DNA of 64,000 nt from Savitreella phatthalungensis (GCA_051599415.1 AP039701.1:124001-188000); one strand, 5' to 3'. Positions 1-11,536 are shown, numbered from the stretch's first letter. Notes: generated by a model not told the origin, from the letters alone. Made by a program: numbers and translations.

Positions 1-340
1 TCTGAAGGGTGATTAAGAGAAAGTCTTTTCAAGAATATACGACTACCTTTGAGAGACCAACTGATGATCGGTAGATCTTTTGTATCATTACGTCTAAGCG
101 TTTACTCGATGCTCAACTCATGCTCGCTTCTGTACTGCCTTCCTAATCATAAATTGTCACCGAGCCTGTACAGTAACTGCACATGTGATGTAGTATGGAA
201 ATTTTGTACACCGATTCGCGCTCATCCGTGTAAATAAAAACAAACCGGAAAAGCGTTGAAGGTGCACCAGCAACGACGACATTCTCCCTTACCACCTACA
301 AGCATCGTCAAGAACAGTCATCCTGCGGACCACCAAGAAC

Positions 341-1096
341 ATGGATTCTCTGCCGCCAAAGATCCCACTCGATGCTGCAGGCGACCTCCTCTTCCTCCGG
401 CAGCAACTCCAGAACGCGCTCTCCCACAGACTAGCACTACATCTCCCACAAGCAACATCAACCACGACGACAGGCGCATCGACGAAAATAGCATCCTCCA
501 ATTCCTCAGACATCGGCAAAGACCCTCTGAGGGAGCGCGTGGAGCAATCTCTCCAGAGCTTCTTGCGAGATGTGATGACATCGGTGTCGAAGAACGTGCT
601 GATCAACGGTCTCGATCCGCGGCCTTCGGACATTGCGAAGGGGATCATGGACGATGGACACTCTGGGAGGGTGGCTGAGGTGTTTGAGCCGTTCGACGTG
701 GCACTGCAGCAGGCCGTTCAGCGGGAGTACGCTGCAGTTGAAGACCACATCCACACGGTCACCACACTCAGGCGCACCGCACCGCAAGCCATCGTCCAAC
801 ACGCCAAGCGCAAGGCCGAAGAGGCACAGGAGCAGGTCGAGCGGAGTATCGTGGCCGGTGGTGACGATGTTGGCGAGGTGGAGGTTGTTGGCGGTGAACG
901 GAAGCGCAAGAGTGAGGAGGACGAAGGGCTGGAGGTCAAGGTGGCGCGTATGTCAGAGGTGGTGGCGACGTATGAGAAGTCGGTGACACAGCTGGCGAAT
1001 CTTCGGCATGGCGTTGGCACGGTTGCCGCCAAGATCGATCGCGCCAAAGAAGTCCTCGAGCATCTCGTATCCACGACTAAAACCACCACGACATGA
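341..1096 (+). CDS. NSL1: Kinetochore MIND/Mis12 complex subunit Nsl1/Mis14
   Basis: 251-aa ORF; EPFDxxLxxxVxxxYxxxExxxxxVTxLRRxxP motif typical of Nsl1/Mis14; coiled-coil C-terminus. Confidence 0.8.
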   Translation: MDSLPPKIPLDAAGDLLFLRQQLQNALSHRLALHLPQATSTTTTGASTKIASSNSSDIGKDPLRERVEQSLQSFLRDVMTSVSKNVLINGLDPRPSDIAKGIMDDGHSGRVAEVFEPFDVALQQAVQREYAAVEDHIHTVTTLRRTAPQAIVQHAKRKAEEAQEQVERSIVAGGDDVGEVEVVGGERKRKSEEDEGLEVKVARMSEVVATYEKSVTQLANLRHGVGTVAAKIDRAKEVLEHLVSTTKTTTT

Positions 1097-1192
1097 CACC
1101 ACCGAGAGCGAAATTCCCGTATGTACATAGCAGCACAGGACGAGTACAATTGATGACGGTTCACGCCAAGACAGTATGAGGTGTTGAATGGT

Positions 1193-2017
1193 CTACAAGC
1201 TCGACAGGTAGTCGCCGATCTCATCACGAGAGAGTTTACGGTATCTTGGCGCTTTCGGGAGCTCGTCTTCTGGCTTGCCGTTCATCTTGTAGCCAAGAAG
1301 TCGTGGTTCCTCGACCGAGACAATTGCGATCTCGACCGTGTCTGAGGTCATCTCACCCTCGAATCCTTCCTTCAGGGTGAGCAGTGCTGTGTGGATGGCA
1401 TCCTCGAGCTCGAGACCCTGTTCAGAGTATCTCTTCTCGAGGAAAGTCTTTGAGGAGGTCGAGGACTTGCCAATCGCTGTAGCCTTCCACGGGTAGTATG
1501 AGCCGGACGGATCGACCTGGTAGAGCTGGTACCCGTGTGCTGCGTCCCAGCCTGCAACGAGCACGCTCACGCCGTACGGCCGCACGCCCCCGGACTGCGT
1601 CGCACGCTGCATCTCCTTTGCGATCTCCTGGACGAGAATCCGCGTAGGTGGGTACTCGTCGTAGATCCGCTTGTACGAAGCGTGAGACGCCTTTCGCGCC
1701 TTGTCCACCAGCACGCGAAAGTCAGGACCCATCCCGCTGTACACCATGCAGCAGTCCGGTGTGATCTTACACACCTTCTCGAGCGAGCTCGCATCCTGTA
1801 ATGGCGACGGAGTCTTCTTTTCTGTTGCCAGCACTACGCCATTTGTTGCTAAATCACCAGGGTCAGTCACACTGATTCGTCAGACCAAGCGTTGAGGGGG
1901 ATGCTTACCTTTGATGCCGAGCGATTGAACGCCCTGGTTGACAGCAGCTAGTGCATGCTCAATCTGACCGAGCTTGCCCTGCGGGCTGAATGTCGTTAGG
2001 GAGAACGAGTATGACAT
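1193..2017 (-). CDS. PRE8: 20S proteasome subunit alpha-2; exons 2017-1909 and 1848-1193
   Basis: Exon 1 reads [26 protein letters not shown]; 60-nt GTAAG..TAG intron; [21 protein letters not shown] and LELEDAIH motifs. Confidence 0.96.
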
Positions 2018-2613
2018 CGCCTCCTAGTGGAGAAACGCGTGGATCACTCTCTATCGTGCTCGATCGATGCGTGGTTGCGAAGATGCACCGCTGATTAGCC
2101 AAATGCAAGTCGACTGTCGATGGAGAAGCGCCAAGCACACCAGAACTACTCTGCTGAAGGACTCACAGAGACAGCAACGATGCTTTCTGCGTACAGACCA
2201 GATATGTGGTGTATGGGTATGCTTGCGTACGTACGTGTGTACGTACGTATGTGTATAGCACTCGCTGCATGAATTCAGTAGCCATGCACACGTCAACTCA
2301 ATTCTCTCCACCTCACTGTGAAATGCAAGCGCTTAATTATCCACCTCGTAGCAGATGCACCTATAGAAGAGCCATGGATGAAGTGACAATCCCTCAGTCG
2401 GCATCCATCAGATTCGTGACAAGTCCCCGAAGGGTATAGCTGCTCGTCTTTCTAAGTCTATCGACAACTGGCAACTTCTTAGCCTCGTTCTGTACATTGC
2501 TGTAGGCCATCCATGCATGAGTCCCCTCTATCTGCTTGCTTGCCTGACTTTCTCACCGAGACTCTGCCAAGGCTGGGTATCCATTCACGCGCCTTGACGT
2601 CTGATATGTCTAT

Positions 2614-3078
2614 TCATTGCAACCCTTTTGCCCTTTCCTGTGCGTCCGCGACGTTCTTCCTCACCTGAAACTCCCTCCTCCGCCGACGAATGTCGAGAAA
2701 GCCTGGCCTCTCCCGAGCGTCAGATTCGTCATCATCGTCCCAACCCACCTGTCGTGCGAACTCTCTGACCTTGATGGCCTTCAGCGTTCCACGAACTGAC
2801 ACGATCGAGCACAAGCTGTGGACGACCGCACCGACGAGAAGCTCGAGCACGATATCGAGCGGGAGTCCTGATACCAGGAACGCCTGTTGCGTGCCCGATA
2901 CTCCCACACGATCGAAGTCGGACATGCCATTTGCAAAGTCGTCGGCGGTCGCGGACGAGCTGACGGACAGTGCCGCGCGCTTCGTCGTTGATACGTGCTC
3001 GTACGCCGAGAAGGCGGCGTGTGCTACCAGCACCAGACTGATGGCCCATATTATCTTGACCAAATTACTCACAGCCAT
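2614..3078 (-). CDS. EMC5: ER membrane complex subunit 5 / MMgT family
   Basis: TM-HAAFSAYEH...LPLDIVLE-TM...RPGFLDIR pattern. Confidence 0.85.
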   Translation of the reverse strand: MAVSNLVKIIWAISLVLVAHAAFSAYEHVSTTKRAALSVSSSATADDFANGMSDFDRVGVSGTQQAFLVSGLPLDIVLELLVGAVVHSLCSIVSVRGTLKAIKVREFARQVGWDDDDESDARERPGFLDIRRRRREFQVRKNVADAQERAKGLQ

Positions 3079-3420
3079 GGGTCACCTGGGAGACAGCAGC
3101 AGCTGGCTCACCTTCAGCTGAGCACGATGTGACCGAGTGGAAAGAAGTCCCGTGCTGGCGTGTCTGCTAATCATTGCGCCTGCATACAATATACTTCATG
3201 AAACAAGCAGGCCGGGAAATATGCACGCGGATACACTATATGGTCTACAATGGACCTGGATGCTCAGAACAGCAGAGGCACTAGCGTAACGAAAGACGAC
3301 AAGACCAGTTCAGCAATAACTTTAGAAGGAGGATTTGACGTGACGTGATCGTTAACTAGATTTCAAGCTTCTTTCCCGAGTGTGCAGCAGCTTCCAAATG
3401 CTCAGACCATGCTCGGAGCG

Positions 3421-4185
3421 CTAGTCCAGCTTGAGTGCGTGGTTCTCCCACCTGACGCCGTCTTTTGTCACAATCGTGAATTCCAGACCGTCTCCAACCT
3501 CGATGTGTCTCTCTGTAGCACTGTCATTTGTTAGTCGATCTTCATCTCTGGTGCAGTCGATCGGGGTTAGAGGAGATTCGGGATCTTCCCGGTTCCACAC
3601 CCATTGGAATCAAACTCACCTTGTGAATGCGTCACGACATAGAACAAGCGCGCGATCCAAGTCTAGTAGCTCTGGCTTGATCTTGTTGCCATTCTCGTCG
3701 AACTGATTGCGGAGATTGACCTGGTTGTCGAGGAATGGCATGATGAGTGCTGCTGCTGCGCCTGCGGACCTGCACCACTCTCGCTCGTACGAGCCTACTG
3801 GGTCGAACGAGTAGACTGCGCCCACGCCCTTCTCGTCGATCCCTGCCACCAGCGTCGTGACGTAGTACGGGAAGAAGCGCTTGCCGTACAGCATCGTCTG
3901 AATCAGGCGAGCAACCGCGTGGACGCTCATCGGCTTGTTGTGCTGGTGGTGGTACCACTCGAGTCGCTGCTGCAGTCGCTTCACCAGCGTGTTACCGTCT
4001 GCCATGTATCCGACCACAGAGACCACTACGTTGTCGCCGATATGGAATGATCGAGGTGCATACCGCGTGTTGATCGAGTAGCCTGCGGTGTGCCGGGTGT
4101 CACAGGCGATGACACTGAAATCCTGTCCGGCAATGGCTACCACAGAGCCACCATTGTCGGTGTATGGGTTAAAACGGCTACCCAT
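3421..4185 (-). CDS. PRE7: 20S proteasome subunit beta-6; exons 4185-3620 and 3520-3421
   Basis: RFNPYTDNGG, LYGKRFFPYY, SFDPVGSY; 99-nt GTGAG..CTAAC..CAG intron restores SATERHIEVGDG..LKLD*. Confidence 0.96.
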
Positions 4186-4824
4186 GACGAAATTATACTG
4201 CACAGATGGCTCTGAACACTCAGATCAGAGCTTCGAGAAGGTGTAATTACAGATCTCTGGTGACGCGGAACCACGACGCGACCGGTCTACGTTACAATCA
4301 ATGAATCGTCTGGCCTACGCAATCAGGTAAGATTCAGCCACATGTGGCGCGTTACATTGTCGGGGTTCCAGGTTCTGGTTCAAAGGTTAAATTGATTCAC
4401 TCGGATGCACAGTGCTCTCATTTCTGTGAACACACATGATGCAGAAACTTCAACTGCTCATTGAATAGCGTCAGGTTTGCACGTGTACAATACCTTCAGA
4501 CATGTTAGAAGCCCAGATCGATAGAGACTGAGCCCTGGTCATGTCAAGGATAGTGCAGAGCGGTCATTCGTCAAGTCAGTCCCGGTGAGATGCATAAGCT
4601 ACATGATATGAGTCTCTCATCTTCTGAAGTGAGCGTTACATCTCAGTACTGCCGACAGTCCATATTCTTCATGCGACTTGTCCCCTGGGCGTGTCACGAC
4701 AGAGACTAGCCAGCATGAACATCAGGTCATCAGACGCGCATGCCTGTGGAACTAGTAACCTGTGATGACAACCAAACAGCATTCGTACGTGTCGCGCGGT
4801 AGACCTCTATTACCCAGGGAGAAT

Positions 4825-5248
4825 TTACTGGGCAAGGATGTCGGAGTCACCTCCGTCGGAGACAGAGAGGCAGCCGACGCGGAAGAGCTTACCGCAAGCG
4901 GTGCCGAGCTCGATGTTGTTTCCGGCGTAGTGGTGAACATTGCACTTGGCCAGCATGGCGTAGTACTCGAGCTCAGACTTGCGGAGCGGTGGGGTGTTGG
5001 CCGAGATGATGATCAGCTTGGCTATAATAGAAAGACCGCGTTAGTACACTTTCATATTCGTTGTACCCCATGACATGGGTGGTTCTGTCTGCATGGATCT
5101 CCATGGACTAGGATGTCTTACCCTTTCCACTTCGCAGGTCCTTGAGCACCGACTTGTAGCCGAGCTTGAACTTGCCGGACTTGATAGTCAGGGCAAGCTT
5201 GGAGTTGATGCCCTCCTTGTTCTGCTTCTTGTTTGCCTTTGGCGCCAT
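4825..5248 (-). CDS. RPL30: 60S ribosomal protein eL30; exons 5248-5122 and 5021-4825 (absent from ORF track)
   Basis: Spliced translation [75 protein letters not shown]; 100-nt intron with GTAAG and TACTAAC. Confidence 0.97.
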
Positions 5249-5253
5249 TTCTG

Positions 5254-5315
5254 TAGAAGTTTTGGAATGAACTTCGCTCGTGCCGTAGACAGTCTCTGCG
5301 ATGCTAAAACTTCTA
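5254..5315 (-). promoter_or_regulatory. Putative kink-turn-containing hairpin in RPL30 5' leader
   Basis: Perfect 10-bp stem TAGAAGTTTT/AAAACTTCTA enclosing TCGC-AGAGA..GA-GCGA. Confidence 0.5.
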
Positions 5316-5747
5316 AGTGTCGTTGTCGTCGGATGTTTTCGAGGAACGGAGTGCTGGAGTCACTCGCCGAACGCTGGTCACCCCTGTTGCTGAGCCGGTC
5401 CAACGGACCTGTGCGTGAGTGTGGTTGTGGTTCGGGCAGGTTGCTACTGCATCGTGAATCGAGCAACCAAATCAAAAATCCATCAGTGTGAGAAAATATT
5501 CTCGCGCTCAATCAAATACTGGGACAGGTGTATCTGACAAGAGTGACAAACAAATTCATTTTCAGCTGATCACTTTTGGTCTGCTCACCTCCATACCTCC
5601 TCTCCCTCACTCGCAGACTCACACAGACAGAGTCGCCTAGGTGGGCACTCGACGGCAGGGTCAGGACTGCACTACGGCGACAGGCTCATCCTAGTACCAA
5701 CAAAAGAAGATTGCCAGACACGAACAAAAGAAGTATCATCCACAGCC

Positions 5748-6191
5748 ATGCCTACGCGTCTCTCGAACACCCGCAAGCACCGTGGTCACGTCTCGGCCGG
5801 CCACGGTCGTATCGGCAAGCACAGAAAGCACCCGGGAGGTCGTGGTCTTGCCGGTGGTCAGCACCACCACCGCATTAACATGGACAAGTACCATCCTGGT
5901 TACTTCGGTAAGGTCGGTATGCGTTACTTCCACGACCTTCGTCAGGACCGCACCACTGTCAACCTCGACAAGCTCTACTCGCTCTTCACTCCTGAGGTGC
6001 GCGAGAAGCTCGAGGCTGACGGTTTTGGCGACAAGGCTCCCGTGCTCGACCTCACCTCGCTTGGTTACCTCAAGCTGCTCGGCAAGGGCCGCATCCCTGC
6101 CCGCCCGATCATCGTCCAGGCCCGCTACGTCTCTCGCCGTGCGGAGGAGAAGATCAAGGCTGCCGGTGGCGTCGTCGTCATCAAGGCATAA
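5748..6191 (+). CDS. RPL28: 60S ribosomal protein uL15 (yeast L28 / L27a)
   Basis: [35 protein letters not shown] signature; strong codon bias. Confidence 0.98.
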   Translation: MPTRLSNTRKHRGHVSAGHGRIGKHRKHPGGRGLAGGQHHHRINMDKYHPGYFGKVGMRYFHDLRQDRTTVNLDKLYSLFTPEVREKLEADGFGDKAPVLDLTSLGYLKLLGKGRIPARPIIVQARYVSRRAEEKIKAAGGVVVIKA

Positions 6192-8744
6192 GCTCAACGC
6201 TGGCCTGATCTCAGTGTACGAACAAAACACCGATCATCATCACCCACACACATCGACACCTTCTGCATGATAACGACCAAAAACACCACAGCTCATCGGC
6301 ACCTGATGGTCTGAACGGCAACGATTGAGGACGACCAGGTCTTCCGCATAGACCACCTTTTCTCTTTGTCTTCTTTATGCTCATCACGCGCCTACGCGCC
6401 CCTACATGTATACTCCGAGCTCAATCCGAGCACTGTTGTTGAGAATGAATCGCGATGCAGCAATATGCATCCAGGTCTCAAACAGTGAGTATTTCTGGAA
6501 GATGCAACCCCCGCGCAACGAGCATACACAGCTAGCCGCTGACGTCTCGCCCTTCTGTCCTGGTTTGAGACTCAGATCGGCCTGACATGCTTACCGGGAT
6601 GCCCAGTGGTCTTCCAGTCTGCTTCTGTTCTTGTTCTGTCGTGTTGTGTGTGATATATATCGAGCTATGTGAGCACCTCTTTAGTGTGTTGCTTGTGTCA
6701 TCGCCCAGCTGTACCAAAGGTACTGCCTGCCGCCCACGCTTACAACCAGCAAGTTCTGCAGGCAAAGATAAAGATGGACTCACTACTGTAAATCAATGCA
6801 ATGGCATCCTCAATCCATCATATCGTTCACGCATCACGTCAAAGCTGTGAAGCTGTAAAGAGTGAGCACGTGGAAGAGTACAGTCGATGCGACCGTTGTG
6901 TATACAAGGCTATACATGGAGCCTCTGAAGCATTCGTGGACGAAACAGGATAAGTGTGCAGGTGGAGAAATATCTCGCTAACGAGGCAATGAAAGGAAGG
7001 ACGCCATGCCATGTCATGAACCTCACAGCCTTGGCATGCATACCCAAGGCGACTCCACTCCACTCCACTACGACTGGACTCGTTCTTGGCCCCACCATAA
7101 AGGTAATCTCGCCTACTGCTCGAATGCATTGTGTCGTGCGCTTGGCTAGACCACTCAAATTTGCCAAGAGTATGAGTGCCTAGAGTTCTTGCCAAATTGA
7201 ACCTCTCGTCAGCTGTATTATCACAGGTCTTCAATATTCGTAGACCACCCTCTCTAGAGAGAATGAAATGGTCATGAGCTAGCCTCAGTTATATTTGGGT
7301 CCTGACAGCACTGGTCAAGTGGAAAAATCCTTTTTGAGTAAAAGGTTATACGGCCGATGAACAATGAACGGAAAAGTTTCTTCGACCCATCTTAACCCTC
7401 CTCGATGGAAAGTCTCCGCATTTAGATTCGTTCAAGTTCACCAGTAATTAAAAGCCGGTCAAAGTTGTATAGCCGCGGATGTGGTCGATTGGTCCTTGTA
7501 CAATTTGAATGAAAACCATGAGATGAGTCACGTCGATCTGAAGCCAGCGGATCATTAGTGAGGAGAGACATTGAGAAGAGTGCTGGCGTAGATTGGGTCT
7601 TGTGAACCATTGATTTAAGATTTCCACCGTCATCACTACCGCCCTCTTTTCTCCTCTATCCTTCATCAGCAGCTGATAGATAAAAGCACTCTGCGGCTGC
7701 ACAACGGCCGCGAGACACATTTCAACCACGATCCCATATGAATATACACCAAGGAGATGTATATTGAATAGCGCCATGGCTTTCATCAAACAACTGCCTC
7801 AGCTACTTCGACAAGCATTGGTTGGACGACTCAGAAGTCCGTGTTTCCCGTGTACGAATTGCCAAGCTGATAGACTAGATATACACATTCACAAGGTGGG
7901 GGCGGTTCACATGTGAATCTGAGCGGGATTGACGGCGGTTTGCATGGGTCCGCTTGCTTCTGAATGAAGTCACCATCCAAGCTCTAGCCTGGTCGGGTAC
8001 TCCTTCCCTTCCATTTATCCAGCTCCTTCTGGACGACTGGAGGCCTGACTGCTCTAACAATCTGAAAGTTCTTCCGCTGTAATGAGTGCGAGGATTCATC
8101 AAGGGTCATTGGATAGACCCATTAAGAACCCTGACTTCTGCGCTCTAAACATATTCAATCCAGAAAAGGTCAGAAAGCATTTTGAGTGTGGCTCTCCTTT
8201 TGACAAGAACCAAAGTACGGTGGGATCATCGTCCACACACCTTCTTGACCTTGCCAGGCTCTACACCATGGACCCCATACACAAATACTCATCCGAATAC
8301 ACGACAAGACTCAAGGGTACGCCTTGAGCGGCTTCACCAAGAGCATTCATTGTAGATCAGTCGTCCACAAAGGTCGACACCTCTTCGCTCGCACGGACCC
8401 TCGATCGTGCCTTCACATCCATCAGTACGTAGTCTCCAGACACTTGACTAACCCCGACAATCGTCCCCCATTTTATTGGTCTGGGCCAAACGTCACGTCT
8501 ATAAGGCTTCACGCGACACCATCACCACCATCAAAGCAGACAAAAGCCATTTACACTCGTTGCTCACTCGTCTTTCGTCGCTCAAGGCTCTGTCGTCTTT
8601 TTCAGGCGGGGCCAAGGACAGTAGATGATCATTGTCTAGAGCAAGTACAGGCCCGATATAATTCCAGGCTCAGACCAGCCATTCACTTGGAAGGGTCAGG
8701 GTTCGATCCATCCTGCTCTGTGGGTGATTCCTCATATTTGAGCC

Positions 8745-10532
8745 ATGGCAATCCTGGCTAATAGCCTGACACGGCATTATCGCATCATCCTCGCTGCATT
8801 TGTAGCGGTCATACTTCTGTCCAGCTTCTTCCACCCATCCACACAGCGCATCTACACACAGTCCTTCGACAATACGATAGACGGCATTCGCAGAAATGGC
8901 AATAAACTATGGAGTCTCGGCACTGGTGAGAGCATGTTCCCGGACGTACCCGCACAATTCCAGAGTAATGCTTCGGGACCCGTTGTCGCGCCCGGAAGCG
9001 AAGAAGGTTTCCAGTTCTGGCGTGACTATGCAGAAGCTATCCGGAATGCAAAGCCTGGCTTCGCAAAGATTCGCGAGCAGGAAGGTCTTACTGGCTTCCC
9101 CTTCGCTACATACGAAGGCATCAGCTGGGACTCTTCTCGCGCCGATCGCCTCGATGTGTCGGACTCGGAGCTTCAGATGATGCGTGAATCGTACAACAGC
9201 GCTAAAGCGAGCATGGCTGCAATTGCACCACGCCTGCCCTATGTTCCCGGCACTCGCGGCATCATCTTCACAGTCTCGACTGAATCCATGTCTTTCTTGA
9301 CCGTCAGCCTGCGGATGCTGCGGAAGGTCGGCAGCCGGCTGCCCGTGGAGGTCTGGATCTGGGATCGCAAGGTCGAATTTGCAGATCCATACTTGATGTC
9401 CGTATGCGACAAGCTATGGGCTCCATTGAACGTGCGGTGCATGTACACCACGGACTACCAGCCGCCTGAACGTCCAGCGCCTTTGGACGAGGAGTCGAAG
9501 AAGTTTCAGAACAAGCTGGATGCAATGATGTCGACGACGTTCGAAGAGTTCTTGTTTATGGACTCTGACAATATCGCCGTCTTCCCGCCGGACGGTCTAT
9601 TCGTCGAGGCTCCATTCAAGGACATTGGTTACACCCTCTGGCCAGACTACTGGGTCGATTCGAGCGCTAAGTACTTCTATGACTTCAGCGACATCCCAGA
9701 ACCAAACATTCGCGAACGTGCATCCTCGGAGTCAGGCCAATTCATGATGAGCAAGGCGACGCATGCTTCGGCCTTGCTCATGGCATCATACTACATGCGG
9801 TATGGAGAGTCGCACTACGAGCAGCTGTTCACGCAGGGTGCGATGGGAATGGGCGACAAGGAGGCCTTCCTGAAAGGTGCTCAGGCGATGGAGCTCCCCT
9901 TTTACCAGGTGGTGGAAAAGCCCGAGCGAGTTGGATACAGGTGCGACGGCGGAGAGCGTGCTATCGGTTCAGGCCAGCATCACCCTGGAGACGACCTGAA
10001 GCTAAGACAGTACGGGATCAAGAGCAACTCGCGTGATCTACTCAACGACCGCGTCCTACCCCGCATTCAATTCATCCACGGCAACTTGCCAAAGTACGAC
10101 CCGGCGAGATACCTCGACTGGTATGACCCTTCACCAGACGGTTGGAACGACCAGTTGCGATGCGGGAAGGGCAAAGGTCTCGCGCATCGACTGTACGGGC
10201 CGAAATGGCTGACAATGCTCAAGTTTGGGTGGGATATCGACAAGGCTATCTTTGACCAGATGCTTTGGTCTGCGTGCGCGACGGAAGAGTACCAGGTCAC
10301 GTGGTGGGAACCATGCTGGTGGAACACGTACAAGCCAAGGCTAAACGTCTGTAAGCGCTTCACCGAATTCCACGAAGAGCTATTCCTCAAGCAGGAAAAC
10401 CTACCGTACGACCCATCCCTCAAATCACCATTCTCAAAAGGAGGAGAGTACGAGCAGGCAGTCGTCCAAGGACTTCCTTCCTCATGGAACTCTGGCAAAG
10501 GTACCCATCGCTGGGGGGCCATCCAAGCTTAA
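8745..10532 (+). CDS. Alpha-1,2-mannosyltransferase, Mnn2/Mnn5 family (GT71), type II membrane protein
   Basis: N-terminal TM; LRMLRxxGSxLPVEV, FMDSDN (DxD), LWPDYW, SESGQ, GDKE motifs. Confidence 0.88.
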   Translation: MAILANSLTRHYRIILAAFVAVILLSSFFHPSTQRIYTQSFDNTIDGIRRNGNKLWSLGTGESMFPDVPAQFQSNASGPVVAPGSEEGFQFWRDYAEAIRNAKPGFAKIREQEGLTGFPFATYEGISWDSSRADRLDVSDSELQMMRESYNSAKASMAAIAPRLPYVPGTRGIIFTVSTESMSFLTVSLRMLRKVGSRLPVEVWIWDRKVEFADPYLMSVCDKLWAPLNVRCMYTTDYQPPERPAPLDEESKKFQNKLDAMMSTTFEEFLFMDSDNIAVFPPDGLFVEAPFKDIGYTLWPDYWVDSSAKYFYDFSDIPEPNIRERASSESGQFMMSKATHASALLMASYYMRYGESHYEQLFTQGAMGMGDKEAFLKGAQAMELPFYQVVEKPERVGYRCDGGERAIGSGQHHPGDDLKLRQYGIKSNSRDLLNDRVLPRIQFIHGNLPKYDPARYLDWYDPSPDGWNDQLRCGKGKGLAHRLYGPKWLTMLKFGWDIDKAIFDQMLWSACATEEYQVTWWEPCWWNTYKPRLNVCKRFTEFHEELFLKQENLPYDPSLKSPFSKGGEYEQAVVQGLPSSWNSGKGTHRWGAIQA

Positions 10533-10743
10533 GACATGGCTTAGCCCGAGAGGTGAATTTAATGTACAGCTATAGTTTGACAAAAGGTCTATATAATTGA
10601 TTGAACGATTGTCTACTGCAGCTTCCAAAGTTACGCGTACACTAGAGCGCATTCGGGTGCAGAGTCCATGGGATCGAGTGCACGGGAGGCATTCCTCACT
10701 CTTATTCAGTATGTGTGAGTTGCTGCTAGGTGGCTGGCTATAG

Positions 10744-10782
10744 CTGACTGACTGACTGACTGACTGACTGACTGACTGACTG
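10744..10782. repeat. (CTGA)n microsatellite, ~9-10 units
   Basis: Read directly. Confidence 0.95.
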
Positions 10783-11536
10783 GTTGGCTGGTTCAAATAT
10801 GAGGTGACTTTTGATACAGTATGAACACGTGCACATTATACTTTTCATTCTTTCTCAGTCCCAATAATTACCGGACATATATAAAAATCATTGATTATCT
10901 TAGCTCCTCAACTAAAAGTTTTCTGAATCTCAATAGCAATATTCATTTCAGAGTGGAAACATTCACTGCATGATTGATTATTCTGTATCCATTTTTTCAT
11001 TTAGAGTTTCTCCTCTTTCCCATTTCCCACTTTTGAATTTCTCCTCTTAAGCTTTGTTTTTCTGACAATGAATTCGATCGATATATTGCAAGCCCTGCAT
11101 CCATCGGATCTATTTACGGATAGAGTGAATGATCGAGTGAATAATAAGTGTATGTGTGAATAGAGAGAGATAGTATATCCAGTCTAGAGGCAGGAAACAG
11201 AGTAAAGTGGAACAGAGTATGAGTATAGTAGAGTACAGTAGAGTAGATGCAACGAATGACATCGACCACTACCAACACCACCACCACAACCTCTACATCA
11301 TCACATCCTACCTCACACATTCTACCTTACAGCCATCCTACATCTCATCATCAAATCCTCGGTCCTAGAACTCGACTCGTCCAGTCCTCCTTCTCTCGAG
11401 CGCAGCGCATTGTATCTCTCCTATCGATCATCAAGCGCGGCCACCGTTCCCTTAGACAACAAAGCCAACAGGGCCTCTGTAAGTATTTAATTTGCTCGCA
11501 GGCGCAAAGCCGCAGCAGCCCCCAAACCTCGGCGTC

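Noticed and set aside
3521..3619. Longer introns (PRE7, RPL30, ATP19, TBP) as snoRNA hosts
   Set aside because: No convincing box C/D or H/ACA arrangement seen
8690..8720. GGTTCGATCC T-loop/B-box-like word
   Set aside because: No cloverleaf or acceptor stem could be built around it
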